From: Acidimicrobiales bacterium
GTDB lineage: Bacteria > Actinomycetota > Acidimicrobiia > Acidimicrobiales > SZUA-35
Assembly (NCBI GenBank): GCA_013003535.1
Contig: JABDIY010000025.1
Location: 33,321 to 97,320 of the forward strand
DNA length: 64,000 nucleotides
Direction of reading: 5' to 3'
Shown: piece by piece, positions 36,185 to 45,740 of the stretch
Numbering within the stretch: the stretch's first letter is position 1
Layout: each line of letters begins with the position of its first letter
Made by a program: the position numbers and the translations under genes
Notes under the pieces: model-generated
What the model was told of the DNA's origin: nothing
Databases searched by the model: none
What the model saw: the letters and a program-made list of their open reading frames with translations, nothing else

Positions 36185-36642
36185 GTGCAGGGAAGTGGTT
36201 CGAGGAGCTGACGCCAGGACTCGTAGTGCACCACGCGATCCGGCGGACCCTCACCGAAGCCGACAACGTGCTGTTCACATCGATGACGATGAACCCGGCC
36301 CGGGTGCACCTCGACTTCCACTACGCCGAAACCGAAACCGAATTTGGCAAACCGCTCGTCAACTCCATGCTCACCGTCGCAATGGTGGTGGGGATCAGCG
36401 TGCACGAAACCACGTTCGGGACCACCGTCGCCAACCTGGGCTTCGACAGCATCGACTTCCCGGCGCCACTCTTTCACGGTGACACCATCCGGGTGGAAAC
36501 CGAGGTGCTGGCGGCCCGGTCCAGTAAGTCTCGACCCGATCAGGGCATCATCACGTTCGAGCACCGGGCCCACAACCAGCATGACGTTCTGGTCTGCCGG
36601 GCCACCCGTAACGCACTCATGCTGAATCGGCCCAGCCCGTAG
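36181..36642 (+). CDS. MaoC-like (R-specific) enoyl-CoA hydratase/dehydratase
   Basis: 153 aa, a hot-dog fold protein with ..LTEADNVLFTSMTMNPARVHLD... ATGA overlap with the upstream gene. Confidence 0.85.
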   Translation: MSAGKWFEELTPGLVVHHAIRRTLTEADNVLFTSMTMNPARVHLDFHYAETETEFGKPLVNSMLTVAMVVGISVHETTFGTTVANLGFDSIDFPAPLFHGDTIRVETEVLAARSSKSRPDQGIITFEHRAHNQHDVLVCRATRNALMLNRPSP

Positions 36643-36705
36643 CAGTCACATCCTTCTTGAGTTCAATTCAGCTGATTGTCAGTTTCGCATGCGACATTGG
36701 TGGGT

Positions 36706-37383
36706 GTGAGAATTCTCGTAGTTGAAGATGAACGAACGGTGGCATCGGCACTGCGGCGTGGTCTGCAGGCCGAGGGCTACGACGTTGACATCGCCGAAGA
36801 TGGCGAAGACGGTCTGTGGCGGGCCCAGGAAGGCTCCTATGACGCCATCATCTTGGACGTTATGCTTCCCAAGCTCAACGGTTACAAGGTCTGCAGGACA
36901 CTTCGCGATAGTGGCGACTGGACGCCGGTGCTCATGCTCACCGCCAAGGACGGTGAATACGACGAAGCCGAGGGTCTCGACACCGGCGCCGACGACTACC
37001 TCACCAAGCCTTTCTCGTTTGTTGTCCTAACGGCGCGTTTGCGGGCCATGCTGCGGCGCGGCAGTGGGGCACAGGACGGGTCGGCATTTGAAGCCGGCGA
37101 TCTGCTGATGGATCCGGTTCGGCACCATTGCGAACGGGCCGGAACCAAGATCGATCTCACCGCCCGAGAATTTGCAATCCTGTCCTACATGATTCGGCGA
37201 AGCGGGCAGATTGTGACCAAGCCCGAAATCCTCGACAACGTCTGGGACTACGAGTTCGAAGGTGATCCCAACATCGTCGAGGTGTACGTGCGGCGGCTCC
37301 GCAAGAAGATCGACGAACCTTTCGGCACCCGCACGATCCACACGGTACGAGGGGTCGGCTACCGGCTCGAACCGGAATTGTGA
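36706..37383 (+). CDS. OmpR/PhoB-family response regulator
   Basis: (V)RILVVEDE.., DAIILDVMLP, LTAKD, then a winged-helix C-terminal domain (..VRGVGYRL). The start could be 36676-36706. Confidence 0.85.
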   Translation: MRILVVEDERTVASALRRGLQAEGYDVDIAEDGEDGLWRAQEGSYDAIILDVMLPKLNGYKVCRTLRDSGDWTPVLMLTAKDGEYDEAEGLDTGADDYLTKPFSFVVLTARLRAMLRRGSGAQDGSAFEAGDLLMDPVRHHCERAGTKIDLTAREFAILSYMIRRSGQIVTKPEILDNVWDYEFEGDPNIVEVYVRRLRKKIDEPFGTRTIHTVRGVGYRLEPEL

Positions 37384-37390
37384 TCGGGCG

Positions 37391-38755
37391 ATGAGAAGCC
37401 TTCGGACCCGGATCACCCTCCTCGCCACCGGGTTCACGTTCGCCGTCTTGCTGCTCGTTGCAGGGTCACTCATCGCCGCCCAGCAACGCCAGCTGAATGA
37501 TGCGGTCGACGCCGCCCTCAGCGACGCAGTAGCCGACGCTCAGTTGGAGCTGGGCGTGACCTTTCGTAGTAGCGGGGGAGTCCGGCGGGGTTCGATCAGT
37601 CGAGAGGCTGTGCGAATTCTTGCCACAAACTCCCAGCTCATCCGGGCCGATGGCCGCATCGAGGTAGCGACCGGCGATTTGCGAGATGTCGAGGCCATTC
37701 TGGATCCCGAGACTGCCTTCAGCGATGAGCTGGCCGGCCAGTTCCGAACGGTAGTGAGCAATCGAGGCGACCGTTTTCGGGTGGCGGCCACTCCGGTCGG
37801 CGAGAATTTCGCGCTCATCATCGGCTACTCGATGGCCGACGTGGACGAGTCGCAGGAGGCCTTGCGCCGCAGTCTGATGGTCATCCTTCCGTTCCTGGCC
37901 GGCCTACTGGCCTTCCTGTTGTGGATCGTGACCGGACGGGCGCTACGACCCGTTGAGGCAATGCGTCGGGAGGCCGACGCGATCTCCTCCAGTCAACTTC
38001 AGACCAGACTGACCGCACCAAGGACCGAGGAGCTTGGCCGCTTGGCCCAAACGCTCAATGCCATGCTGGAAAGAATCCAGAATTCTGTAGAGGCCCAGCA
38101 ACAATTCGTGGCCGACGCATCTCATGAGCTGCGTAGTCCACTCACCGGGATCAGAAGCCAACTAGAGGTGAACATCAACCACCCTGAAGCGGCCGGGCGT
38201 GAAGAGGCCGAGCAAGAAATGTTGAATGAGACGATTCGGATGCAGGCGCTGGTAGAGGACCTCCTTGCTCTCGCCCGATCCGATCAAGGGCGTCAACATG
38301 TCGCCAAGGCGTGGGTTGACTTGGATGACGTGGTGCTCAGCGAAGTGGCAGCGGTGCAACACAATGGAATCGTGATCGATACGTCGACGGTGTCTGCAGC
38401 CCAACTCATTGGCAACGCCGATCAGCTTCGGCGGGTGGTGCGGAACCTATTGTCCAACGCTGTTCGGCACGCCAACTCCCGCGTCATCGTCTCTCTGGTC
38501 GAGAACGAGGCCGGTGTGTTTCTCACGGTTGGTGATGATGGACCGGGTGTGCCAACCGCCGTGCGAGACAAGATTTTCGAGCGTTTCATTCGTTCCGAAG
38601 AAGCTCGGGATCGAGATTCGGGCGGAAGCGGGCTAGGACTGGCGATCTCGCGAACGATCGTCGAAGGCCACGGAGGTACGATAACTCTCGATCCGGGGAG
38701 CGGCAGCGGTGCCCGATTCTTTGTGCACCTGCCCTCTACCGTCGTCGGTTCCTGA
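37391..38755 (+). CDS. Sensor histidine kinase (TM, HAMP, HisKA, HATPase_c)
   Basis: The ATG lies at 37391. The H-box is FVADASHELRSPLT, the N-box NLLSNAVRH, and the G-boxes DDGPGV and GGSGLGLAI. The track ORF is over-extended. Confidence 0.85.
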   Translation: MRSLRTRITLLATGFTFAVLLLVAGSLIAAQQRQLNDAVDAALSDAVADAQLELGVTFRSSGGVRRGSISREAVRILATNSQLIRADGRIEVATGDLRDVEAILDPETAFSDELAGQFRTVVSNRGDRFRVAATPVGENFALIIGYSMADVDESQEALRRSLMVILPFLAGLLAFLLWIVTGRALRPVEAMRREADAISSSQLQTRLTAPRTEELGRLAQTLNAMLERIQNSVEAQQQFVADASHELRSPLTGIRSQLEVNINHPEAAGREEAEQEMLNETIRMQALVEDLLALARSDQGRQHVAKAWVDLDDVVLSEVAAVQHNGIVIDTSTVSAAQLIGNADQLRRVVRNLLSNAVRHANSRVIVSLVENEAGVFLTVGDDGPGVPTAVRDKIFERFIRSEEARDRDSGGSGLGLAISRTIVEGHGGTITLDPGSGSGARFFVHLPSTVVGS

Positions 38756-38810
38756 AATTTCTCGTTCAGGTATTCAGATTCGATTCAGATGTAGTTGTCA
38801 TACTCGGCGC

Positions 38811-39473
38811 ATGACTACCCCAAGTGAATCCCAGAACATATCTGCCCTTCGCACCGGCGTTGCCGGCGCAGCCATCGGAGTTGCGGCTCTTGTCGGTGGG
38901 CTGGTTGTACTCCCAGCTGTAGCTGGTGCCCAGGATTCCGTTGAACCAGAAACCACTACGGAGGATGGAGCCACGCCAACCGAGCGCCCAAACGTGCTGG
39001 AGGAACTCACCGCCGAGGGCGTGATCACCCAGGAGCAGGCCGATGCCATCCGCGAACGGTTTGCGGCTCACCGGGCCGAGTTCGGGGGACGTCACGGTCA
39101 CCGGGGCGCTGGTCTTCGGGAGGCCTCTGCAGCCGTAACCGAACTGCTGGGGCTCACCCCTGCTGAACTCCGTGAAGCGTTCGTAGCGGGGCAGACACTA
39201 GCCGAAGTCGCCGAGGCTCAGGGGGTCAGCACCGAGGTGTTGGTAGACACGATCGTCGCCGAAACCCAGGCTCTTGTAGATGAGAAACTCGCCGCTGGTG
39301 ACATCACCGCCGAGCGAGCGGCCTCGATCCTGGATGGTCTCGAGGCCAAGGTCGAGGAACGAGTAACCGCCGAGCGCCCCATTCGCGAAGGTGGATTGCG
39401 GGGCCATCATCGTCGCCACCACCACGATGGCGCCAGCTCCGACGACGTTGATGCTTCGCTCCCCACTGCCTAG
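38811..39473 (+). CDS. Secreted helical-repeat protein with a His-rich C-terminus
   Basis: It has a signal peptide (..VVLPAVAGAQD), three G-x-I/L-T-x-E-x-A repeats (EGVITQEQADAI, GQTLAEVAEAQ, AGDITAERAASI) and the tracts GGRHGHRG and GHHRRHHHDG. Confidence 0.55.
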   Translation: MTTPSESQNISALRTGVAGAAIGVAALVGGLVVLPAVAGAQDSVEPETTTEDGATPTERPNVLEELTAEGVITQEQADAIRERFAAHRAEFGGRHGHRGAGLREASAAVTELLGLTPAELREAFVAGQTLAEVAEAQGVSTEVLVDTIVAETQALVDEKLAAGDITAERAASILDGLEAKVEERVTAERPIREGGLRGHHRRHHHDGASSDDVDASLPTA

Positions 39474-39579
39474 TGGTTCACAGACTTCGCGTTCGAACAC
39501 CTGACTGAACACAACTCCGCTCCGGATCGAGAACGGACTCGTTCGCTTCTGGCGAACAAAATCGCTACCGACAACACTG

Positions 39580-40197
39580 GTGGTCACTATGACCACCATC
39601 GACCTCAGGAAGGTCCGGAGCGAGTACACGGCCAAGAAGACCCCGGAGATCGTGGAGATCCCGACCAGGCAATTCCTCATGATTGACGGGGCGGGAGACC
39701 CCAACACCGCCGACGAGTACCGGCACGCCATCGAGGCGCTTTATCCCTTGGCCTATGCCCTACGAGCTGAAGTCAAGACGGCGAGCGGCGACGCGTACGT
39801 CGTCATGCCGCTGGAGGGGTTGTGGTGGGCCGAAGACATGCGGGACTTCCATACCGACGACAAGTCGAACTGGCTGTGGACGGCCATGATCGGGCTTCCC
39901 GACGCCGTCACCTCGGCCATGGTCCAAGACACACTGCCCGCAGTCACCAAGAAAAAGCAGCTCGTGGCAGGGGACCGGGTGAGAGTGGCCCAATTTGCCG
40001 AAGGCAGGGCTGCCCAGGTCCTCCACATCGGCCCGTACGCCGCTGAGGCGCCGACCATAGAAGCACTTCACCAATTCATTGCTCGTACCGGCTACCAACT
40101 CAGTGGCAAGCACCACGAGATCTACCTGTCCGATCCCCGTAGAGCCGACCCGTGGAAACTTCGGACCATCATCCGTCAACCATTTTCGGATGCCTGA
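39580..40197 (+). CDS. GyrI-like small-molecule-binding domain protein
   Basis: 205 aa. ..FLMIDGAGDPNT.., PLEGLWW and HHEIYLSDPRR are typical of GyrI-like (SOUL/AraC effector-binding) proteins. Confidence 0.7.
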   Translation: MVTMTTIDLRKVRSEYTAKKTPEIVEIPTRQFLMIDGAGDPNTADEYRHAIEALYPLAYALRAEVKTASGDAYVVMPLEGLWWAEDMRDFHTDDKSNWLWTAMIGLPDAVTSAMVQDTLPAVTKKKQLVAGDRVRVAQFAEGRAAQVLHIGPYAAEAPTIEALHQFIARTGYQLSGKHHEIYLSDPRRADPWKLRTIIRQPFSDA

Positions 40198-40285
40198 CGC
40201 CGATGGGTAGATGAGTTGGGCGGTCAGCGGTGGGCGGTCAGCGGTGGGTGGTTGCCATCCGTGCAGACCAACTCACCCCGGGCGG

Positions 40286-40783
40286 TTAGAGGGCGGCCAG
40301 GGCGGCGTCGTAGTTGGGTTCGGTGGAGATCTCAGGAACGAGCTCGGTGTACTTCACGTTTCCATCCTCGCCTACCACCACGACGGCACGAGCACACAGT
40401 CCTTCGAGCGGGCCATCTACCATCTGGAGGCCGTAGCTCGCCGGGAAGTCCGGGCTGCGGAACGAGGATGCGGTGCTGACATTCTCGATGCCCTCCGCGC
40501 CGCAGAAACGTTTCTGGGCAAAGGGCAGGTCTGCGGAGATATTGAGCACCACCGTGTTTTCCAGGCCAGCCGCGCGAGAGTTGAACGTACGGACAGCGTT
40601 TGCACAGGTCGCCGTGTCGAGGCTCGGGAAGATACTCAGAACCACCTTCTTGCCGGCATGATCAGCCAGAGAGACAGGAGCCAGGTCGGTTCCGACGAGG
40701 GTGAAATCCGGAGCGGCCGAGCCGACGGCTGGGATATCTCCATTTGTGTTTACAGGTTTACCACCAAGGGTTACAGATGCCAT
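40286..40783 (-). CDS. tpx: Thiol peroxidase (atypical 2-Cys peroxiredoxin)
   Basis: 165 aa. APDFTL.., [12 protein letters not shown] (peroxidatic Cys) and the downstream FCGAEG Cys are present. Confidence 0.9.
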   Translation of the reverse strand: MASVTLGGKPVNTNGDIPAVGSAAPDFTLVGTDLAPVSLADHAGKKVVLSIFPSLDTATCANAVRTFNSRAAGLENTVVLNISADLPFAQKRFCGAEGIENVSTASSFRSPDFPASYGLQMVDGPLEGLCARAVVVVGEDGNVKYTELVPEISTEPNYDAALAAL

Positions 40784-40805
40784 GGTTCCATTTGTATCCG
40801 ACCGA

Positions 40806-42428
40806 TTACGGCTTGGCGCTTTTGCCTCGGACTCGGGGCATCTTCAGAAATGGCCACGGGTCCCCGCCCTCATCCATCGTGAGGACCACCAGGCTTGGGC
40901 CGTCGTGGTCTATGGCGGTCTGCAGGGCTGAACGGAACTCGCCCGGCGTTTTAGCCTCGGCCGAGGGCACCCCGAAGCTTTCCCCGAATTTCACGAAATC
41001 CGGATTGGTCAAGGTTGATGCGATCGTTCGGTCCGGCCCAAATTTATCGGTCTGCATCCGCTTGACGTTCAAATACGCACCGTTGTCATGCACCACGAGC
41101 GTCACGGGGATCTGATGTTGAACCGCAGTAGCCAGCTCGGTGGCCGTGAAGAGGAAACCGCCGTCACCGATGAGGCCAACCACTTTGCGATTCCCGGCTC
41201 CCACCTGCGCGCCGATTGCTTGAGCCGTGCCGGCCCCCAATGTTCCAGCCGGACCGGTGGTAAGGAAGGTTCGCGGGTGACGAAACTCGAACAAGATATG
41301 GGCGGCAAATCCAAGCTGTGTAACGTCTTCCACAACGATGCCGTCGTCGGGAAGGACGTCGCGGAGAACGGCGAGAACTTCTCGTTGCGGGTTCAGGACG
41401 CTGGTCTCTTGTTCGAATGTCCGGCGGAGGGCCGACAACTCCACGCTCCGATCCCGCCGAGCGGGAATGCTGCCGAGCGCATCGGTGATCGCGTCAATCC
41501 CCATGGCCGCGTCGGCGTGAAGCCCAACCGTACCGAGGTCGTGGCGATCCAACTCGTCGGCGTCGATGTTCACCTGGATGATCGTGAGATCGTCGTCAGT
41601 TCCCCAACCCCGAGGAAAGTCCAGCCGTGTCCCGATTCCGAGCGCCACATCGGCGGTTGCCCAGAGCTTGTATCCAACCGTGATCGGCACCCAGAGCGGG
41701 TGTCTCGCATCTATCACGCCGTGGCCCTGGCGTCGGGTGAACACTGGGGCTTGGATCGTCTCGGCGAGTTTGGTGATTTGGGGACCAGCATCAACGGCGC
41801 CGCCGCCAACAATGATCAGTGGCGACGAGGAAGCGGCGAGAATCCCGGCGATGGTCTCAACCTGTTCCGGATCTATGGACGGCACGGTGCGCCGGGGCGG
41901 ATCGAGAACGCCGTCGGCTTCAGCGTTCCACAGATCAGCTGGCCATTCGATGGCGACTGGCCGAGCTTCGTTGGCCATCAGAGCGTCGATAGCTTCTTGC
42001 ACGATTAGCGCAGCCGGTTCGGGCGATGTGATCGCCGCCGCGTGTTTGGTCACCTGCCGAAGAACCGCACCAGGATCCCGCAGGTCGTGCAGTGCACCGG
42101 TGAGCTTGCCGGCCTGGAATGTGGCGATCGCGCCAATGATGCCCAGCACCCTTCCGCCGGACCAGTAGGCACTGGTGAGGGCCGCAGTGGTGTTGAGCAT
42201 CCCCGGGCCCGGCACCACACAAAACGCGGACGGTCGCCCGGTCACCTGGGAATACCCCATTGCCATATAGGCTGCGCCTTGTTCGTGGCGGGTCACTATG
42301 GGTCGGATGTCACGCGCGTCTACCAGCCGATCGAAGAAGTCATCGTTCTGGACCCCGGGAAGACAGAACAGCGTGTCGATCTCGAGTTTTCGGAGCGCAT
42401 CGATAGCCAAATCCGCGAGCGAGGTCAC
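40806..42428 (-). CDS. Thiamine-diphosphate-dependent enzyme (acetolactate-synthase-like family)
   Basis: 540 aa. It has the N-terminal Pyr domain (..[25 protein letters not shown]..) and the C-terminal PP-binding motif GDGGF..N. Confidence 0.85.
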   Translation of the reverse strand: MTSLADLAIDALRKLEIDTLFCLPGVQNDDFFDRLVDARDIRPIVTRHEQGAAYMAMGYSQVTGRPSAFCVVPGPGMLNTTAALTSAYWSGGRVLGIIGAIATFQAGKLTGALHDLRDPGAVLRQVTKHAAAITSPEPAALIVQEAIDALMANEARPVAIEWPADLWNAEADGVLDPPRRTVPSIDPEQVETIAGILAASSSPLIIVGGGAVDAGPQITKLAETIQAPVFTRRQGHGVIDARHPLWVPITVGYKLWATADVALGIGTRLDFPRGWGTDDDLTIIQVNIDADELDRHDLGTVGLHADAAMGIDAITDALGSIPARRDRSVELSALRRTFEQETSVLNPQREVLAVLRDVLPDDGIVVEDVTQLGFAAHILFEFRHPRTFLTTGPAGTLGAGTAQAIGAQVGAGNRKVVGLIGDGGFLFTATELATAVQHQIPVTLVVHDNGAYLNVKRMQTDKFGPDRTIASTLTNPDFVKFGESFGVPSAEAKTPGEFRSALQTAIDHDGPSLVVLTMDEGGDPWPFLKMPRVRGKSAKP

Positions 42429-42483
42429 CGCTGCAATCTAACCCGCGGTTCGGATCCTGACATTCTGGACTGCGGGGCGACGC

Positions 42484-44010
42484 TCAGCGGGCGAGGTTCG
42501 GAATGGGATGCGGCCCCAGCGCCACGCTGATGTTTTTGGTCTCGGTGTAGAACTCGAAGCTCCAATCGCCGCCATCGCGACCGATTCCCGAATTCTTGGC
42601 GCCGCCGAAGGGTGTTGGCAGATGCCGAACGTTCTGAGAGTTGACCCACACCATGCCGCAGTCAAGGGCGTCGCTGACCCGATGGGCTCTTCCAACGTCG
42701 TTGGTCCAGACATATCCGGCCAAGCCGTAGGGAATGTCGTTGGCTATCTTGACTGCGTCGGTTTCATCGCTGAATGGGATAGCGGTCAGCGCGGGACCGA
42801 AGATCTCTTCCTGAGCGATCGGCATGTCGTTGGTTGCCTCCGTGAAGAGCATGGGAGGCACGAAGTTCTCCGATGGGCGATCCACCATGTCGGTCCCATA
42901 GTGCACGGTTGCTCCGGCGGCCTTGGCGGCATCGATGTAGCTTCTGACCTTGTGGGTATGGCGGGGATGAACCAGCGGTCCGATCACCGCGTCGGGATCC
43001 AGTGGGTGCCCCACTGGGATGTCTTTGATTCGTGCGGCGATTCGGTTCGTGAATTCCTGATAGATCCGGTCCTGGATGAGGACTCGACTGGAGGAAGTAC
43101 AGCGTTCACCGTTGAGGCTGTAGATCATGAAGGTGACAGCGTCGAGCGCCCGGTCGAGGTCGGCGTCGTCGAAAACGATCACCGGATTCTTGCCTCCCAA
43201 TTCGAAGTGGACTCGTTTCAGGGTTGCCGCCCCTTGGGCTTGGATCGCCGAACCGGTGGAGGATTCTCCTACAAAGGCGATCGCCTTGATGGCGGGATGT
43301 TCGGTGAGAGACTTCCCGGCGGTGTGCCCGAGGCCGTGCACGACGTTGAGCACGCCGGGAGGGAGCCCGGCTTCCAGTGCGATCTCGGCCAGCAGATGTG
43401 CGGTGTAGGGACTCCACTCCGCCGGTTTGTGGACAACCGTGCATCCCGCTGCCAAGGCCGGAGCGATCTTCCACGTGCTCAACATGAAGGGTGTGTTCCA
43501 GGGTGTGATCACGCCAACGGGACCGATGGCCCGGCGGGTGGTGTAGTTGATGTGAGTTTCGGTGGGGAGGCTTCGACCATTGGCGACCGATGGCGCCATA
43601 TCTGCGAAGTAGCGGAAGTTGGCAGCTCCTCGGATTGCTGCGGCACTCATGAAACGCATCGTTTGGCCAGTGTCCACACACTCCACCAGGGCAATCTGCC
43701 GGGCGCGGTCTGTGATGAGCGTGGCAAGGTTGTTGAGAAGCTGACGTCGTTTCTCTCCGCCTAATGCCTGCCACGGACCGAACGCTTCGGCTGCAGCTTC
43801 GGCGGCATCGGCAATGTCTGGCAGATCGCCCGACGCAACGTCGCCCAAGACGGATTGGTCGATGGGAGAATGGTTGAGGAACATCTCGCCCGAAACGCTT
43901 GGCTTGGACATTCCTCCGATCAGATGGCGGAGCGGTTCATCGGCGAAGCGCTGGAGGTGGGCGAGGGCCTCCTCGAGGTTTTCTTCGAAGGAATGGGAGC
44001 TGGCTGCCAT
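42484..44010 (-). CDS. hpaE: NAD-dependent aldehyde dehydrogenase, 5-carboxymethyl-2-hydroxymuconate-semialdehyde dehydrogenase-like
   Basis: The start is the ATG at 44010 (TGATG junction with the upstream gene). VTPWNTPF, FELGGKNP and GERCTSSSR are ALDH signatures. The Arg-rich N-terminal extension of the track ORF is discarded. Confidence 0.8.
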   Translation of the reverse strand: MAASSHSFEENLEEALAHLQRFADEPLRHLIGGMSKPSVSGEMFLNHSPIDQSVLGDVASGDLPDIADAAEAAAEAFGPWQALGGEKRRQLLNNLATLITDRARQIALVECVDTGQTMRFMSAAAIRGAANFRYFADMAPSVANGRSLPTETHINYTTRRAIGPVGVITPWNTPFMLSTWKIAPALAAGCTVVHKPAEWSPYTAHLLAEIALEAGLPPGVLNVVHGLGHTAGKSLTEHPAIKAIAFVGESSTGSAIQAQGAATLKRVHFELGGKNPVIVFDDADLDRALDAVTFMIYSLNGERCTSSSRVLIQDRIYQEFTNRIAARIKDIPVGHPLDPDAVIGPLVHPRHTHKVRSYIDAAKAAGATVHYGTDMVDRPSENFVPPMLFTEATNDMPIAQEEIFGPALTAIPFSDETDAVKIANDIPYGLAGYVWTNDVGRAHRVSDALDCGMVWVNSQNVRHLPTPFGGAKNSGIGRDGGDWSFEFYTETKNISVALGPHPIPNLAR

Positions 44011-44405
44011 CAGAGGTCTTCTTTCGTTTCGAGATGTGCACGAATCTGGTTTCGGTTGACCCGATGGGGATGGTCGATCTCCTGGACCTCGCCGCTGAGG
44101 GCGACGATCAGATTTGGAGCGTTCACCGCGAGGAAGTCCTCGGTTGTGTCGAGGAGCCGAGCGAGAAAGGTGTCTTTCGTTGCCGCATCGCGGCCGGGTC
44201 CGATCCGGGCGGTGATGGCCACGAAGCCATACCGAGGGTCCCCGTCGGCGATTCGATAGTGCTCTCTGGATTGGGCCCGAGTCCGTAGGCCGGCCACGGG
44301 TGGCAACTCGTGGGCCAACGCGGCGGCATGCACAGCGTCGACCAGTGCCTGGACGTCGCACTCGGCGTTGAGGTTGGCGGAGTGTTCGATCGTGATATGG
44401 GGCAT
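44010..44405 (-). CDS. hpaF: 5-carboxymethyl-2-hydroxymuconate isomerase (tautomerase superfamily)
   Basis: 131 aa starting MPHITIEHSANL (catalytic Pro1). It is collinear with E. coli HpcD/HpaF as far as I recall that sequence. Confidence 0.8.
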   Translation of the reverse strand: MPHITIEHSANLNAECDVQALVDAVHAAALAHELPPVAGLRTRAQSREHYRIADGDPRYGFVAITARIGPGRDAATKDTFLARLLDTTEDFLAVNAPNLIVALSGEVQEIDHPHRVNRNQIRAHLETKEDL

Positions 44406-44410
44406 TACTT

Positions 44411-44439
44411 CACACGTTAGACAACTTGTTTAACGTGTG
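44411..44439. promoter_or_regulatory. Inverted repeat CACACGTTA-N11-TAACGTGTG in the divergent hpaF/hpaG intergenic region (candidate MarR/HpaR operator)
   Basis: Perfect 9-bp arms lie in a 41-bp divergent promoter region, and a MarR-family regulator is encoded in the cluster. Confidence 0.4.
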
Positions 44440-44446
44440 CAACAAT

Positions 44447-45310
44447 ATGTTGGTGAAGCTGTTGTCGTACCATTTGTCGGCCGACCCGGGCCCTCGTTTC
44501 GGCATGCTGGATCAGGACAGCACGGGCGTGATCGATCTGGGCTCACGAACCTCGTTTCGATCCCTCGGCAACCTCGTGGAGGCAGGCGGAATCCACTCCG
44601 TTCGCGATCTCCAGACCGCTTCTGCCGACTACTTGATCGAGGACGTCGTTTTCGATCGCCTGCTCACCCGGCCCGGCAAGATCTTTTGTATCGGCGTGAA
44701 CTATGGCGGCCGCAGCGCCGAATATGACGACGCCACCGACAAGTCCTATCCCAGCGTTTTTGTTCGATTTGCTGAGTCGTTCACCGGCCACGGGCAACCC
44801 CTGATTCGGCCACCAGAAAGCGACCAACTGGACTATGAGGGCGAGATTGTGGTGATTATCGGGAAACCGGGACGAAGGATTGACCCTGCCGATGCCCGCA
44901 GCCATATCGCCGGGGTGTCGTTGGGGAACGAGGGCACCATTCGAGACTGGGTTCGTCACGCAAAGTTCAACGTGACCCAGGGAAAGAACTGGCGCCACAG
45001 TGGATCCATGGGTCCATGGCTGGTACCCATCGAGGAGATTCCCCCGTTCGAGGATCTCACGATCGAGACGAGGGTCAACGGACAGGTACGTCAACACGAT
45101 TCGCCGAGCACCATGAAATACCCGATTGAGTATCTGATTCACTACCTCTCCACGTTCTGCACGCTGGAGCCGGGAGATGTGATCTTCACCGGCACCCCCA
45201 CTGGCGCCGGCGCCAGGATGAATCCACCGGTGTGGTTGTGTCCCGGCGACATTGTGGAGGTGGAAGTTCCCGAGATCGGCATCCTCCGCAACGGAGTGGC
45301 TGATGAATAG
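44447..45310 (+). CDS. Fumarylacetoacetate-hydrolase-family enzyme (single-domain HpaG-like decarboxylase/isomerase)
   Basis: ..KIFCIGVNY.., LDYEGEIVVIIGK and PGDVIFTGTPTG are FAH-family motifs. The ATG at 44447 is preferred over the TTG at 44426. Confidence 0.85.
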   Translation: MLVKLLSYHLSADPGPRFGMLDQDSTGVIDLGSRTSFRSLGNLVEAGGIHSVRDLQTASADYLIEDVVFDRLLTRPGKIFCIGVNYGGRSAEYDDATDKSYPSVFVRFAESFTGHGQPLIRPPESDQLDYEGEIVVIIGKPGRRIDPADARSHIAGVSLGNEGTIRDWVRHAKFNVTQGKNWRHSGSMGPWLVPIEEIPPFEDLTIETRVNGQVRQHDSPSTMKYPIEYLIHYLSTFCTLEPGDVIFTGTPTGAGARMNPPVWLCPGDIVEVEVPEIGILRNGVADE

Positions 45311-45740
45311 AGAACAGCAGATGCGAGGTTTCGATGAGTCTCTCCCCATGGCGCTGCTCCGGGCCCGGGAGTCCACCATGAGGCTGTTCCGGCCAATGCT
45401 TGCCGAGCACGACCTCACCGAGCAACAGTGGCGAGTGATCCGCGCCCTTGCCGCAAACGATCTTCCCATGGACGTTGGGGAAATCGCAGAAGCCACGTTC
45501 CTTCTGGGTCCCAGTCTCTCTCGGATTCTCGCCAACCTCACGGACCGGGGATTACTCATCCGCAATCCTGCGCCCCATGATCAGCGGCGGTCCGTGGTCC
45601 AGCTGAGCACCGCGGGTCATGACCTTTTCAGCGTGATCGCTCCCGATTCCGAGGAACGGTATGCCCAGCTGGAGGCCTCGTTCGGTGCTGATCGCTTGAG
45701 CGATCTGCTCGGTCTTTTGCGAGAGTTGGAAAAAAGTTGA
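45303..45740 (+). CDS. hpaR: MarR-family regulator (homoprotocatechuate operon repressor-like)
   Basis: ..LFRPMLAEHDLTEQQWRVIRALA..MDVGEIAEATFLLGPSLSRILANLTDRGLI is a winged-HTH MarR pattern. The start overlaps the upstream stop. Confidence 0.8.
   Translation: MNREQQMRGFDESLPMALLRARESTMRLFRPMLAEHDLTEQQWRVIRALAANDLPMDVGEIAEATFLLGPSLSRILANLTDRGLLIRNPAPHDQRRSVVQLSTAGHDLFSVIAPDSEERYAQLEASFGADRLSDLLGLLRELEKS

Noticed and set aside
40218-40250. Tandem duplication of the 14-mer GGGCGGTCAGCGGT between the convergent GyrI-like and tpx genes.
   Set aside because: There are only two copies, with no array structure and no spacers. It is most likely a slippage duplication in a terminator-poor intergenic region.
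42484-44361. Over-extended N-termini in the track. Examples: 42484..44361, 46527..47735, 22736..24145, 19144..20748, 28694..29548, 56364..57377, 61803..62798, 38709..39473, 37262..38755.
   Set aside because: The upstream parts are Arg-rich and overlap the preceding gene. Internal starts with a Shine-Dalgarno or 1-4-nt stop/start overlaps give family-typical N-termini, so the shorter models are reported.
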